The notes below the pieces were generated by a model, which did not search any database, had not been told where the DNA came from, and saw nothing but the letters and a program-made list of their open reading frames with translations. Below are positions 37,313-45,864 of a DNA stretch of 64,000 nucleotides, in pieces. Position numbers and translations under genes: made by a program. Source of the stretch: Minisyncoccia bacterium (GTDB taxonomy: Bacteria; Patescibacteriota; Minisyncoccia; UBA6257; 2-01-FULL-56-20). The stretch covers positions 66,755 through 130,754 of the forward strand of contig JBEKRC010000002.1 in the NCBI GenBank assembly GCA_049997875.1. The letters run 5' to 3'. Each line of letters opens with the position of its first letter. The first letter of the stretch is position 1.

Positions 37313-37882
37313 ATGAGTAAGCTTCTCGAAATAAGAAAGGTCTTGTTTAACAACCCGAAGGTAGAGACGGTTGACATTCAAATTAACACAGAAATCCCCA
37401 CCAAAATGGCTTGCTGCACCGAACGGGTCGACAGTGAAAGCATCAGGATCTTTGTTGCTCCAAAAGTCGGCATCCGCGACGCCGATAAGCTGCAAGAATT
37501 CATGATGCAGTTGGTCCCAAACATGGCGGCGGCTCGCAGCGATCCTTTTCGTGAACTCGAGCATAAACTCCTCGTCGGAGTACTCTGGTTCGAGGAAGAA
37601 ATCGGGCGCGAGCATGTTCGTCGGGAGATTACGCTTACCGACGAGAGCCTGCTCACAAAACTTCCGGCAGGATTCGATGACGCCACAAGAGTCATCGAAA
37701 CAGAAAGCGCGCTTTTCCGTATCATATTTGTACGCGTGTATCCGAATGTCGCGGTTGCTTTGCTTGCCTCACAGGGCCAATTCCCAGACTACCCGCCCAG
37801 CGTCCCCAAAGGGGCGCTGGACGGGCAAAAGCGCATGCCGCGAATCCTCCATCGCCTCGGATTCACGATAGGAAAGCAGTGA
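37313..37882 (+). CDS. Hypothetical protein, unknown family (paralog of 22720-23253)
   Basis: TTGACG-17-TATGCT promoter, AAGGAGGG RBS; REITLTDESLLTKLP, IFVRVYPNVAVALLASQGQF, RMPRILHRLGF. Confidence 0.55.
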   Translation: MSKLLEIRKVLFNNPKVETVDIQINTEIPTKMACCTERVDSESIRIFVAPKVGIRDADKLQEFMMQLVPNMAAARSDPFRELEHKLLVGVLWFEEEIGREHVRREITLTDESLLTKLPAGFDDATRVIETESALFRIIFVRVYPNVAVALLASQGQFPDYPPSVPKGALDGQKRMPRILHRLGFTIGKQ

Positions 37883-37894
37883 TAATGTCCTCCA

Positions 37895-37927
37895 GGCAGA
37901 GGCAGCGCTCCCAACGCTGTCTCTGCC
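37895..37927. terminator. Hairpin between convergent 37313-37882 and eno genes (no U-tract)
   Basis: GGCAGAGGCAGCG-ctcccaa-CGCTGTCTCTGCC. Confidence 0.35.
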
Positions 37928-38014
37928 TCCCACTTAAGCTCAGCAACGAAAGTTGATGATTTTAGGTGAGTGGACAGGCTCTAACGCCGTCCAGCCGCCA
38001 GAGCGTTAACTTAA

Positions 38015-39289
38015 TTACGGGCGCGCTTCCTTAGCTTCAATTTCCAACAAGCGGTTGTATTTCGCAATTCTCTCGCCGCGGGCGGGAGCACCAAGCTTCA
38101 GGCCGTCGGCACCCACGCCGTAGGCAAAATCGGCAATAAAGTCATCATCGGTTTCGCCGCTCCGGTGCGAGGCGATGACCGCCCAGTTGTATTTGCGAGC
38201 CATGCGCACGGCATCCAATGCTTCGCTTACCGTGCCGATCTGATTCGGCTTTATGATAACTGCGTTTATACTCCCCTCTGCGTGCGCCCGTTCCATGCGA
38301 TGGATGTTCGTTGTCGTAAGGTCGTCCCCTGCGATCCATACGGGTTCGCCATCATTCCCGCCGCTGCTTTTTTTGCCGTTCTTCTCACCGCTCGCGCCGT
38401 AGCGCATCGTGAGTGCCGCAAAGCTCAAGAAATCCCTGTCGGCGAACGGATCTTCAAGGTAAATAAAGTTGTTTTGGCGGAGCAGCTTCACATACATAGT
38501 TTCCAATTCTTTGTGTTTTAACTTTTTGATGTCGGTCGCGGCGGCATCTATGCCGAAATCAATCTGCTTCGCGAGCTTCAGTTTTTGGACGACGGTGCGG
38601 AGGATGTACAACGGCTCCTTGTCATCCCTGAAATCCGGCGCGTATCCCCCTTCGTCGCCGAGGTTCGTTGCGGTCTTGCCTTTTGCGCGCGCGAGCGCCT
38701 CGCCCAATGCACGATATACCTGTGTGCCGATCTCAACCGACTCGCGGATCGTCCGGCACTTCGGAATGATGAGGTATTCCTGGAAATGTAAATTATTCCC
38801 TGCGTGCAATCCCCCATTGATGACATTGATGAAAAGACGGGGACGTGCAAGGCCGCGGCTGACGGCAAGTTTGGATGGAAATGCAGCCGGGCCGAGGAGT
38901 CCGCGGACGTGTCCCCAAAGCGGAATTTTGTTTGCCGTTGCGGACGCTCGCGCGAACGCAATGGAGGTTGCAAGGATGGCGTTCGCACCCAAATTGGACT
39001 TCGTGCCCGTGCCATCCAGCCGGATCAGGAGGGCGTCAAGCGCGGCTTGTTCGTTCTGGCCGCGTCCGGCACGGATGTCGGCGCGTTTTAGCTTCGGCGC
39101 GACGATGCTGTTTATCTTCCGCACGGCCACGGGTGCCGGCAACGCCCGCGCTTCGGTCGCTCCCGTGCTCTTCCCTTGCGGCACCGAAGCGGTCGCACAC
39201 GCGCCGTTTCTGAGTTCAAGCGTTACTTCCACCGTCCATGCGCCGCGCGAATCAAGGATTGGCCTTGCTACAAGCGATCGTATCCGCAT
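38015..39289 (-). CDS. eno: Enolase
   Basis: ILDSRGAWTVEV...SHRSGETDDDFIADFAYG. Confidence 0.9.
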   Translation of the reverse strand: MRIRSLVARPILDSRGAWTVEVTLELRNGACATASVPQGKSTGATEARALPAPVAVRKINSIVAPKLKRADIRAGRGQNEQAALDALLIRLDGTGTKSNLGANAILATSIAFARASATANKIPLWGHVRGLLGPAAFPSKLAVSRGLARPRLFINVINGGLHAGNNLHFQEYLIIPKCRTIRESVEIGTQVYRALGEALARAKGKTATNLGDEGGYAPDFRDDKEPLYILRTVVQKLKLAKQIDFGIDAAATDIKKLKHKELETMYVKLLRQNNFIYLEDPFADRDFLSFAALTMRYGASGEKNGKKSSGGNDGEPVWIAGDDLTTTNIHRMERAHAEGSINAVIIKPNQIGTVSEALDAVRMARKYNWAVIASHRSGETDDDFIADFAYGVGADGLKLGAPARGERIAKYNRLLEIEAKEARP

Positions 39290-39327
39290 GGTTTTATTCT
39301 ATCACAAAAGTTTGATAAAATATCCCT

Positions 39328-40281
39328 ATGGAGAAAAGAACGTTCTGGTATGCGACGTTTCTCGCGCTTTTGACGATGGTTGTCTCCGGCACGAACAATT
39401 TCCTTACGAAGATCGCCGTAACGGCCGTAAAGGATCCGGTTCTCTACACGACGCTCAAGAACAGCATCGTGGCAGTTTTTCTCTTCGGCCTTGTCGTTCT
39501 TTTCAAGAAATGGCCGGAGATACGGGGTGCTTCAAAAAAACAACTCCTCCAACTCACGGCCATTGGGATCGTGGGCGGTTCAGTACCGTTTGCGCTCTAT
39601 TTCAGCGGCCTTGCGCAGACGACTGCCGTCAACGCCTCGCTCATTCATGCAACGCTTCTCATATGGGTGTTCCTTTTTGCGATCCCCATGTTCAAAGAAC
39701 GCATGGGGTGCGTCCAGTGGCTCGGGGTCGGGGCAATCTTCGCCGCAAATCTTTTTGTCGGGGGCTTTACCGGATTCAAATACAATACCGGTGAGTTGAT
39801 GATCCTCATTGCAACGGTGTTGTGGGGAGCTGAAAATATCATCGCCAAAAGTGCCCTGCGCGGCTTTTCAAGCACGACCGTGGTAGCGGCAAGAATGGTC
39901 CTCGGCTCGTTCATTCTCCTTTTGATCTCGCTTCCCCGCGGCGGCGCGACCGTCGTCCTCACGCTCAACGCAGCGCAGTGGGGCTGGACGCTGCTCACGA
40001 GTGCGCTCCTTTTGGGCTATGTGCTTTCGTGGTACGCCGCGCTCAAATATGCCCCAGCGACTTACGTTGCGACGCTGCTCGTCCCTGCACCGCTCATCAC
40101 CAATGCCTTGTCCGCCGTGTTCGTCACGCACTCCTTGCAATGGACGGATGCCGCAAGTTCGCTCCTCTACGCCGTGGGGGTCGTTTTGGTAATTGTTTTT
40201 TCGGACAAGATCGCGAAAGAGATATTGCCGCGGAAAGCACTTGCTTCCCAAACCGCCTCTTTCAGCGGGAAAAAACCATGA
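39328..40281 (+). CDS. EamA/DMT-family transporter
   Basis: 10 TM helices, duplicated EamA-like halves. Confidence 0.75.
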   Translation: MEKRTFWYATFLALLTMVVSGTNNFLTKIAVTAVKDPVLYTTLKNSIVAVFLFGLVVLFKKWPEIRGASKKQLLQLTAIGIVGGSVPFALYFSGLAQTTAVNASLIHATLLIWVFLFAIPMFKERMGCVQWLGVGAIFAANLFVGGFTGFKYNTGELMILIATVLWGAENIIAKSALRGFSSTTVVAARMVLGSFILLLISLPRGGATVVLTLNAAQWGWTLLTSALLLGYVLSWYAALKYAPATYVATLLVPAPLITNALSAVFVTHSLQWTDAASSLLYAVGVVLVIVFSDKIAKEILPRKALASQTASFSGKKP

Positions 40282-41009
40282 ACGGTATTCTACGTTGCAG
40301 CCGCTATGCGTTTGGGCCGAACCGTCTTCATTATTGCGGACCCGATGCGAATAGCGAGATCCGTTCCTATATTGACGAGGACGCAACCGACCCCGGACTT
40401 GAAAAGTTAATGAGCCAGTTCCAGACGATGTTCCCCTATCTCCGCCATATCGCGGAGGCGAACGGCATAAGAGATCCCTTTGACAATCGCGTGGTGGAGG
40501 CCTATTGGATCGGCAATGAACTTTTGGAAAATATCGGCCAGCGGAAATTCTACCGCCATCTTATTGAGGACCAAAAGATCAAAAAACGGATTGGCGCAAA
40601 ATCCTTCGCGTCGGTGGAGGCCAAGATCGGACAGGGAGCGGTGCCGCACCACTCGTTCCATGTTTTGGCCATTTGGCGGCGGACCGGCCATCTTGATCGC
40701 GAACATACGCTGGAAAGTATGGACGAGTGTCGCGTGAGCTGGGGTGCGGTGAAAAGCGTAAGCGGTTCTTCCATCATCGTACTTACCGAGCCGCTCCTTT
40801 ATGCGGAAGGGAAATTGTTTCTCGGTAAACCGATAGAGAAGAAGCTCGCGCGGCAGCTGGAAGCGGAGTACGACATTGAACAGATAAGACCGGGCGACAT
40901 CGTCTCTATCCATTGGGGCGTCCCCTGTGAAGTCATCACTGCGCATCAGGCGGCGATGCTCAGCAAATACACACTGCGCGACATTGCCCTGGCAAACCAG
41001 ACGATCTAG
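40278..41009 (+). CDS. Hypothetical protein translationally coupled to hydrogenase maturation protease
   Basis: ATGA overlap with upstream stop; stop TAG immediately followed by protease ATG at 41010; no family recognised. Confidence 0.5.
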   Translation: MNGILRCSRYAFGPNRLHYCGPDANSEIRSYIDEDATDPGLEKLMSQFQTMFPYLRHIAEANGIRDPFDNRVVEAYWIGNELLENIGQRKFYRHLIEDQKIKKRIGAKSFASVEAKIGQGAVPHHSFHVLAIWRRTGHLDREHTLESMDECRVSWGAVKSVSGSSIIVLTEPLLYAEGKLFLGKPIEKKLARQLEAEYDIEQIRPGDIVSIHWGVPCEVITAHQAAMLSKYTLRDIALANQTI

Positions 41010-41387
41010 ATGCCTCTCGCCTCCGCGGTCGTCTACGTTTTTGGCAATCCTGACCTCCCGGCAGACTCCCTGCCGCTCCGCATCCTTCCGGAACTCCGTA
41101 GGCGGTTTCCGGAAGCACGGTTTGAGGTGAAAGACCCGAACGAAGAATGGGACATGCCGGAGTATCTTGTTGTCATTGATACCGTGGAAGGCGTTGCGGG
41201 GGTCACCGTTTTTGACGATCTCGCGAAGTTCGCCGCCGCGCCGCGCGTGACGACCCATGATTTTGACGCGCTTGCGAATCTCCGCTATCTTCAAAAACTC
41301 GGCAAGCTCAAGAAAATAAAAATCATCGGGATACCGCCGACGATCACCGAAATGCAAGCGCTCCAAGCCGTGAGTGCTCTCCTTTAG
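41010..41387 (+). CDS. Hydrogenase maturation protease (HycI/FrhD-like)
   Basis: VVYVFGNPDLPADSLPLRILPEL...EYLVVIDTVEG pattern of [NiFe] large-subunit C-terminal endopeptidases. Confidence 0.75.
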   Translation: MPLASAVVYVFGNPDLPADSLPLRILPELRRRFPEARFEVKDPNEEWDMPEYLVVIDTVEGVAGVTVFDDLAKFAAAPRVTTHDFDALANLRYLQKLGKLKKIKIIGIPPTITEMQALQAVSALL

Positions 41388-41421
41388 AGGGCTGGTCCGC
41401 CGGAGGCGGCGTTACGTTCCC

Positions 41422-42717
41422 CTACGCGCTATCCCAATCCACCTTCAAAAAGTGCGCCGCGCAGCTCATGCATGGGTCGTAGGCGCGGATAAGTTTTTCT
41501 ATTTCAAGCTCAATTTTCTCTTTCGGCGTGTCGGGCAGAAGTCCCTGCACGAGCGTCGCGATATCGCGTTCAATATTTACCTGGTTCTGTCCCGTGGGCA
41601 CAACCACCTCGCCCTCCTTCACCAATCCGTCAGCGCCCACGGATATCTTATGATACAGCGTGCCCCGCGGCGCTTCCACGACGCCTACGCCCGTTGCTTC
41701 GCGGTTCGGCGCCTTTACGACGGGCTCCGGAACGAATTTGCTGGTGCGCAAAATATCCATTGATTCGTCAATAGAGTGCAGGATCTCCACCGCCTGCGCG
41801 AGGTTGTTGTAGAAGATGTCCGTGGACGGGAAAAGCGTGAGAAGTTCGCCAAGCGATTCCCTTGTCTTCGGATGCAATTTATCCTTCGCGAGGTTAAGCC
41901 GCGCCAAGGCGCCCACCATGTAGCCCTCGTTGCCATAGACGTAGGCAGACGCTTGCGAATACGGGAGAACGACGTGCTCAAGGTGCGTGCGAAACTCCGC
42001 TTTTTGATAATGTTCTCCCCTGCTCGTCATGATCGTCCCGTTCAGGTAGCCATAGTTGCCGTTGGGCACAAGCGCCATGAACTGCGTTTTCCGGTCAAAA
42101 TGGAACGGTGCATTCCTGAAAATATCTATGAGCCGGAGCGCTGCGGGGCGGACGGATTCCAATTTTTTGATCGCCTCCGCGATCCCCTGCGCGTCCGGAA
42201 ATTTGAGAAACCCGCCGATCGTAGGATACATCGCATGGACGCTTCTCCCGGCCACGAGCGTCGCCAAAAAGTTGCCGGCGGCCTTCATGTCAAAGCCGTC
42301 GTGCAATAATTGATGCTCCGCCTCCACGTTTTCGTCAAAATCCAAAAATGCGTCTTTTCCATAAATGTCCGGCAACGAGAAAAGATACAGATGGAGGGCG
42401 TGGTCGCGGATCATGAGGCCGTGCATCGTGAGCGCGCGGAGCGCCTTCGTTTGCGCCGTGGGTTCAATGCCCAACGCATCCTCGCATGCCTCAATGCTGC
42501 ACATGAGGTGCGCATTGGAGCAGGTGCCGCAGATCCTCGCCAGATGCTGCGGGATGGCCACGATTGCCTTCCCTTTCATCGCCTCGGTGAAGAAGCGCTT
42601 GTATTCCAGCGTTTTGAATTTCACGTCGGTCACCTTCCCCTCTTCCACGTGCAACGAAAGCCCGGCGTTGCCTTCTATCTTCGTGATGCCGTCCATCGTA
42701 AGGTCAAAAGTATGCAT
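41422..42717 (-). CDS. [NiFe]-hydrogenase large subunit (group 3/4-like)
   Basis: N-terminal RICGTCSNAH (RxCGxCxxxH) and C-terminal DPCMSCAAH (DPCxxCxxH) followed by short cleavable tail FLKVDWDSA. Confidence 0.9.
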   Translation of the reverse strand: MHTFDLTMDGITKIEGNAGLSLHVEEGKVTDVKFKTLEYKRFFTEAMKGKAIVAIPQHLARICGTCSNAHLMCSIEACEDALGIEPTAQTKALRALTMHGLMIRDHALHLYLFSLPDIYGKDAFLDFDENVEAEHQLLHDGFDMKAAGNFLATLVAGRSVHAMYPTIGGFLKFPDAQGIAEAIKKLESVRPAALRLIDIFRNAPFHFDRKTQFMALVPNGNYGYLNGTIMTSRGEHYQKAEFRTHLEHVVLPYSQASAYVYGNEGYMVGALARLNLAKDKLHPKTRESLGELLTLFPSTDIFYNNLAQAVEILHSIDESMDILRTSKFVPEPVVKAPNREATGVGVVEAPRGTLYHKISVGADGLVKEGEVVVPTGQNQVNIERDIATLVQGLLPDTPKEKIELEIEKLIRAYDPCMSCAAHFLKVDWDSA

Positions 42718-42729
42718 GGGATTATGAGA

Positions 42730-43215
42730 TCATTTTACGCCCAGTTCGGCTGCGACACTACCCAGTACTTTAAGGAAGTTTGCCGGATCCATCGGGCAGC
42801 CGGGCACCTCGGCATCAACCGTGACCACGTCGGCAACCTTGAGCACTTTGGGCAGCGCCCCGAACCGCGCAACCAAGAATTCAATCGCCTCCTTTTGCGC
42901 ATCGGTGAAAGCGTTGCGCTGACCCGCAGGCAGGCCTATGACGGCGCAGGCGCCCACCGCGACGAGCTTCTTTGAACGGCTGCGGATGTCCTTCAGTTTT
43001 TCTTCCTGCTCCGGCGAGGCGATCGCGCCCTCAATGAAAGAGATGTCAAACTCGTCCATGGAGTTTTTGGATTGCAGGACGCGCGCGTGCCGAAAATCAA
43101 ATTTCTTCTTCCAGTCGGCCCAGTGGTCGTTCATGATCTCCGTCATCACAATCGTATTGTCCTCGCAGCAGGAGAAAGAGAACCAGCCGATTTTCAACTT
43201 TTCCCCGTCCGTCAT
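42730..43215 (-). CDS. [NiFe]-hydrogenase small subunit, minimal NuoB-like (161 aa)
   Basis: WFSFSCCEDN, GACAVIGLPAG, VPGCPMDP Cys motifs; only proximal cluster ligands. Confidence 0.8.
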   Translation of the reverse strand: MTDGEKLKIGWFSFSCCEDNTIVMTEIMNDHWADWKKKFDFRHARVLQSKNSMDEFDISFIEGAIASPEQEEKLKDIRSRSKKLVAVGACAVIGLPAGQRNAFTDAQKEAIEFLVARFGALPKVLKVADVVTVDAEVPGCPMDPANFLKVLGSVAAELGVK

Positions 43216-43251
43216 GCCTTCATTGTATCATGAACGTGTTATAATTTTCGT

Positions 43252-44973
43252 ATGTCAGCACCTTCTCATGAGGACGTTTTCTCGGTTGGCATTGGCGGCG
43301 CGGCGGGCGAGGGAGTACGGGAGGCAGGGGCAAGCTTGGCGCAGCTTCTTACCGACCTTGGCTTTGAGGTTTTCGTCGGTTTTGATTATCCGTCGCTCAT
43401 CCGCGGCGGGCACAATTTCAGCCGCGTGAGCTTCTCCGGTGAAAAGGTACACTGCGATCATTCGCCGCTCACCATACTTATTGCGCTTGATGAGGAAACC
43501 TTGCGGATCCACAAAGACGAACTGAACAAAGACGCCGTCATTCTTGCCGACACGTTTGAAAAGGAATACGCGGAGCGCTTCGGCGCGAACGCCGTCACGT
43601 TGCCCATGAAGGAATTTGCCCAAAAGCTCGGCGCGCCGCCAATCACCCGCACCTCCGTCGCGCTTGGGGCCGCTTGCTATCTCCTCGGTGTCGCGCCGGA
43701 TGTCATGGCCGCGATCTTGAAAAAGATTTTTCAGGGAAGAAGTTTGGATGCCAATCTGGAACTTGCCACGGCCGGATACGAACACCTTGCGAAGCTTGGC
43801 TTCCGGCAGCAGGAAAGATTGGCGCCGCATGGCGCCGCAGGCGCAACGGAACTTCTTGACGGAAACACGGCGCTCGGCAGGGGCTTTGTGGCGGCGGGAA
43901 TGGATATTTATTTCAGCTACCCAATGACGCCTTCATCCAGCATTCTCCACTTTCTCGCCAAGCAGCAGAAGGAATACAAGATAAAAGTGATCCAGCCGGA
44001 GAACGAGCTTGCGGTGGTGCACATGGCGCTCGGTGCCGCGTATGCCGGCAAGCGCGCCGCCGTGGGCACCGCGACCGGCGGCTTCGCGCTGATGCAGGAG
44101 GCGTTCAGCTTGGCGGGCATGGCCGAACTGCCGATCGCTTTTGTCGTTTCACAACGCTACGCTCCCGCAACCGGCGGCCCCACGTACACGAGCCAGGGCG
44201 ATCTCACGTTCATACTTCACTCGGGTCATGGCGAGTTTCCACGGATCGTGCTCGCGCCCGGCGATCCGCAAGAAGCCTTCGCCTGCGGCGCGGATGCGCT
44301 CAACCTCGCATGGAAATATCAAGTGCCGACTATCGTCGTTCTTGACCGTGAGCTTTCGGAAAGCTTGGAGACCGTTCCCGCGCTTGATCCCCAATCAATC
44401 AAAATTGAACGGGGCAAAATTCTGGAAAAGCCGTCGGAGAATTACGGCCGATATCAAATCACCGATGACGGCGTTTCACCGATGGTCTTCCCTGGCGCAC
44501 CGGGTGCGGTCGTAAAAGCGAGCAGTTATGAACATGGCGAGGGGGGCATGACAACCGAGGAGGCCGGAGCGATCAAAAAGATGAATGACAAGCGCTTTGC
44601 GAAGGCGCAAGGAATCGCGAACGAATTGAAAAGCCATGAGGCCGCCAAAGTGTACGGCGACAAGGATAGCTCCAATGTGATCGTGTTCTGGGGCTCCACG
44701 AAGGGTGCTGTGCTTGAGGCGGCGAAATATCTTACAGAGCCGGCGAAGCTTTTGCAGATCGTTTGGATGGACCCATTTGACGCCGAGAAGGTCGCGGTGG
44801 AACTCGCCGGCGCAAAAACGATCGTTGACGTAGAAGCCAATCGCACGGCGCAGCTCGCCTCGCTTATCCGCGAAAAGACCGGCCTCACGATAGACAAAAA
44901 GATTTTGCGGTATGACGCGCGGCCATTTGATCCGCTGGAATTGACAGAAAAAATAAACGCACTACTCACATAA
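43252..44973 (+). CDS. 2-oxoacid:ferredoxin oxidoreductase alpha subunit with fused gamma domain
   Basis: N-terminal GIGGAAGEG gamma-like domain, then POR/KOR alpha domains; 573 aa. Confidence 0.9.
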   Translation: MSAPSHEDVFSVGIGGAAGEGVREAGASLAQLLTDLGFEVFVGFDYPSLIRGGHNFSRVSFSGEKVHCDHSPLTILIALDEETLRIHKDELNKDAVILADTFEKEYAERFGANAVTLPMKEFAQKLGAPPITRTSVALGAACYLLGVAPDVMAAILKKIFQGRSLDANLELATAGYEHLAKLGFRQQERLAPHGAAGATELLDGNTALGRGFVAAGMDIYFSYPMTPSSSILHFLAKQQKEYKIKVIQPENELAVVHMALGAAYAGKRAAVGTATGGFALMQEAFSLAGMAELPIAFVVSQRYAPATGGPTYTSQGDLTFILHSGHGEFPRIVLAPGDPQEAFACGADALNLAWKYQVPTIVVLDRELSESLETVPALDPQSIKIERGKILEKPSENYGRYQITDDGVSPMVFPGAPGAVVKASSYEHGEGGMTTEEAGAIKKMNDKRFAKAQGIANELKSHEAAKVYGDKDSSNVIVFWGSTKGAVLEAAKYLTEPAKLLQIVWMDPFDAEKVAVELAGAKTIVDVEANRTAQLASLIREKTGLTIDKKILRYDARPFDPLELTEKINALLT

Positions 44974-45761
44974 TGGAATTTGCCACAAAAGCAAAAATCA
45001 CTTGGTGCCCGGGATGCCCGAACGCGGCGATCCTCGTCGCCTTCCGGCAGGCGGTGACCGAACTCGTAAACGATGGCAAACTGAAGCCGGAGAATCTGGT
45101 CGCGGCCTCAGGGATCGGCTGCCATGGCAAGATCACCGACTATCTAAATACGAACACGTTCACGTCGCTTCACGGCCGTGTGATCGCGAGCATGGAAGGA
45201 ATAAAGGTTGCGAACCCCGCGCTCACGATCGTGGGGTTCAGCGGTGACGGCGATTCGTATTCGGAGGGCGTGGAGCATCTTGTGCATGCGGCACGCAGGA
45301 ACTCCGACATCAACCTTTTCATTCACGACAATCAGGTGTTTGCTTTGACGACCGGCCAGGCGACGCCCACGACGCCCGTCGGCTTCAAGGGGAAATCCAC
45401 GCCCTACGGCAGCATTGAATTGCCATTCAATCCTCTCCTCTTCATGCTTGCCTCGGGCGCCACGTTCGTCGCGCGCTCATATGCACTGGATATCCCGAAG
45501 ACCAAAGAGATCATGAAGGCCGCGATCGCGCACAAAGGGTTTTCCTTCGTAGATATCATTCAGCCGTGCATTACGTTCTATGACACGCGCGACTACTACA
45601 AGGAGCGCCTGTATTGGATTGATGAGAATGCGCCGAAGAATAATCTCTCTGACGCGATGGAGGCAGTGCGGGTCGCAGGCGGCAGGAGCAGTGGCGCGGG
45701 CAGCGACAAGGTTCCGCTTGGCATTTTCTACCGCGTGGAGCAGCCGACATTTGAGGAATAA
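44973..45761 (+). CDS. 2-oxoacid:ferredoxin oxidoreductase beta (TPP-binding) subunit
   Basis: TWCPGCPNAAIL...GIGCHGK...GDGDSYSEG. Confidence 0.9.
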   Translation: MEFATKAKITWCPGCPNAAILVAFRQAVTELVNDGKLKPENLVAASGIGCHGKITDYLNTNTFTSLHGRVIASMEGIKVANPALTIVGFSGDGDSYSEGVEHLVHAARRNSDINLFIHDNQVFALTTGQATPTTPVGFKGKSTPYGSIELPFNPLLFMLASGATFVARSYALDIPKTKEIMKAAIAHKGFSFVDIIQPCITFYDTRDYYKERLYWIDENAPKNNLSDAMEAVRVAGGRSSGAGSDKVPLGIFYRVEQPTFEE

Positions 45762-45864
45762 TTAAAATAGCCGGGCCGGTTTTATCCGGCGCAAGCAGAT
45801 AACGAAAAAGCCCAACCTTGATGTAATGTAGTGGTTGGGCTGTCCCAGAGGGGATCGAATTATA

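Noticed and set aside
37094-37615. 173-aa minus-strand ORF
   Set aside because: Overlaps the plus-strand 37313-37882 gene whose reality is supported by a full-length paralog, promoter and RBS
40407-41366. 319-aa minus-strand ORF
   Set aside because: Overlaps the plus-strand hydrogenase maturation protease and the coupled 243-aa gene, which have better sequence support
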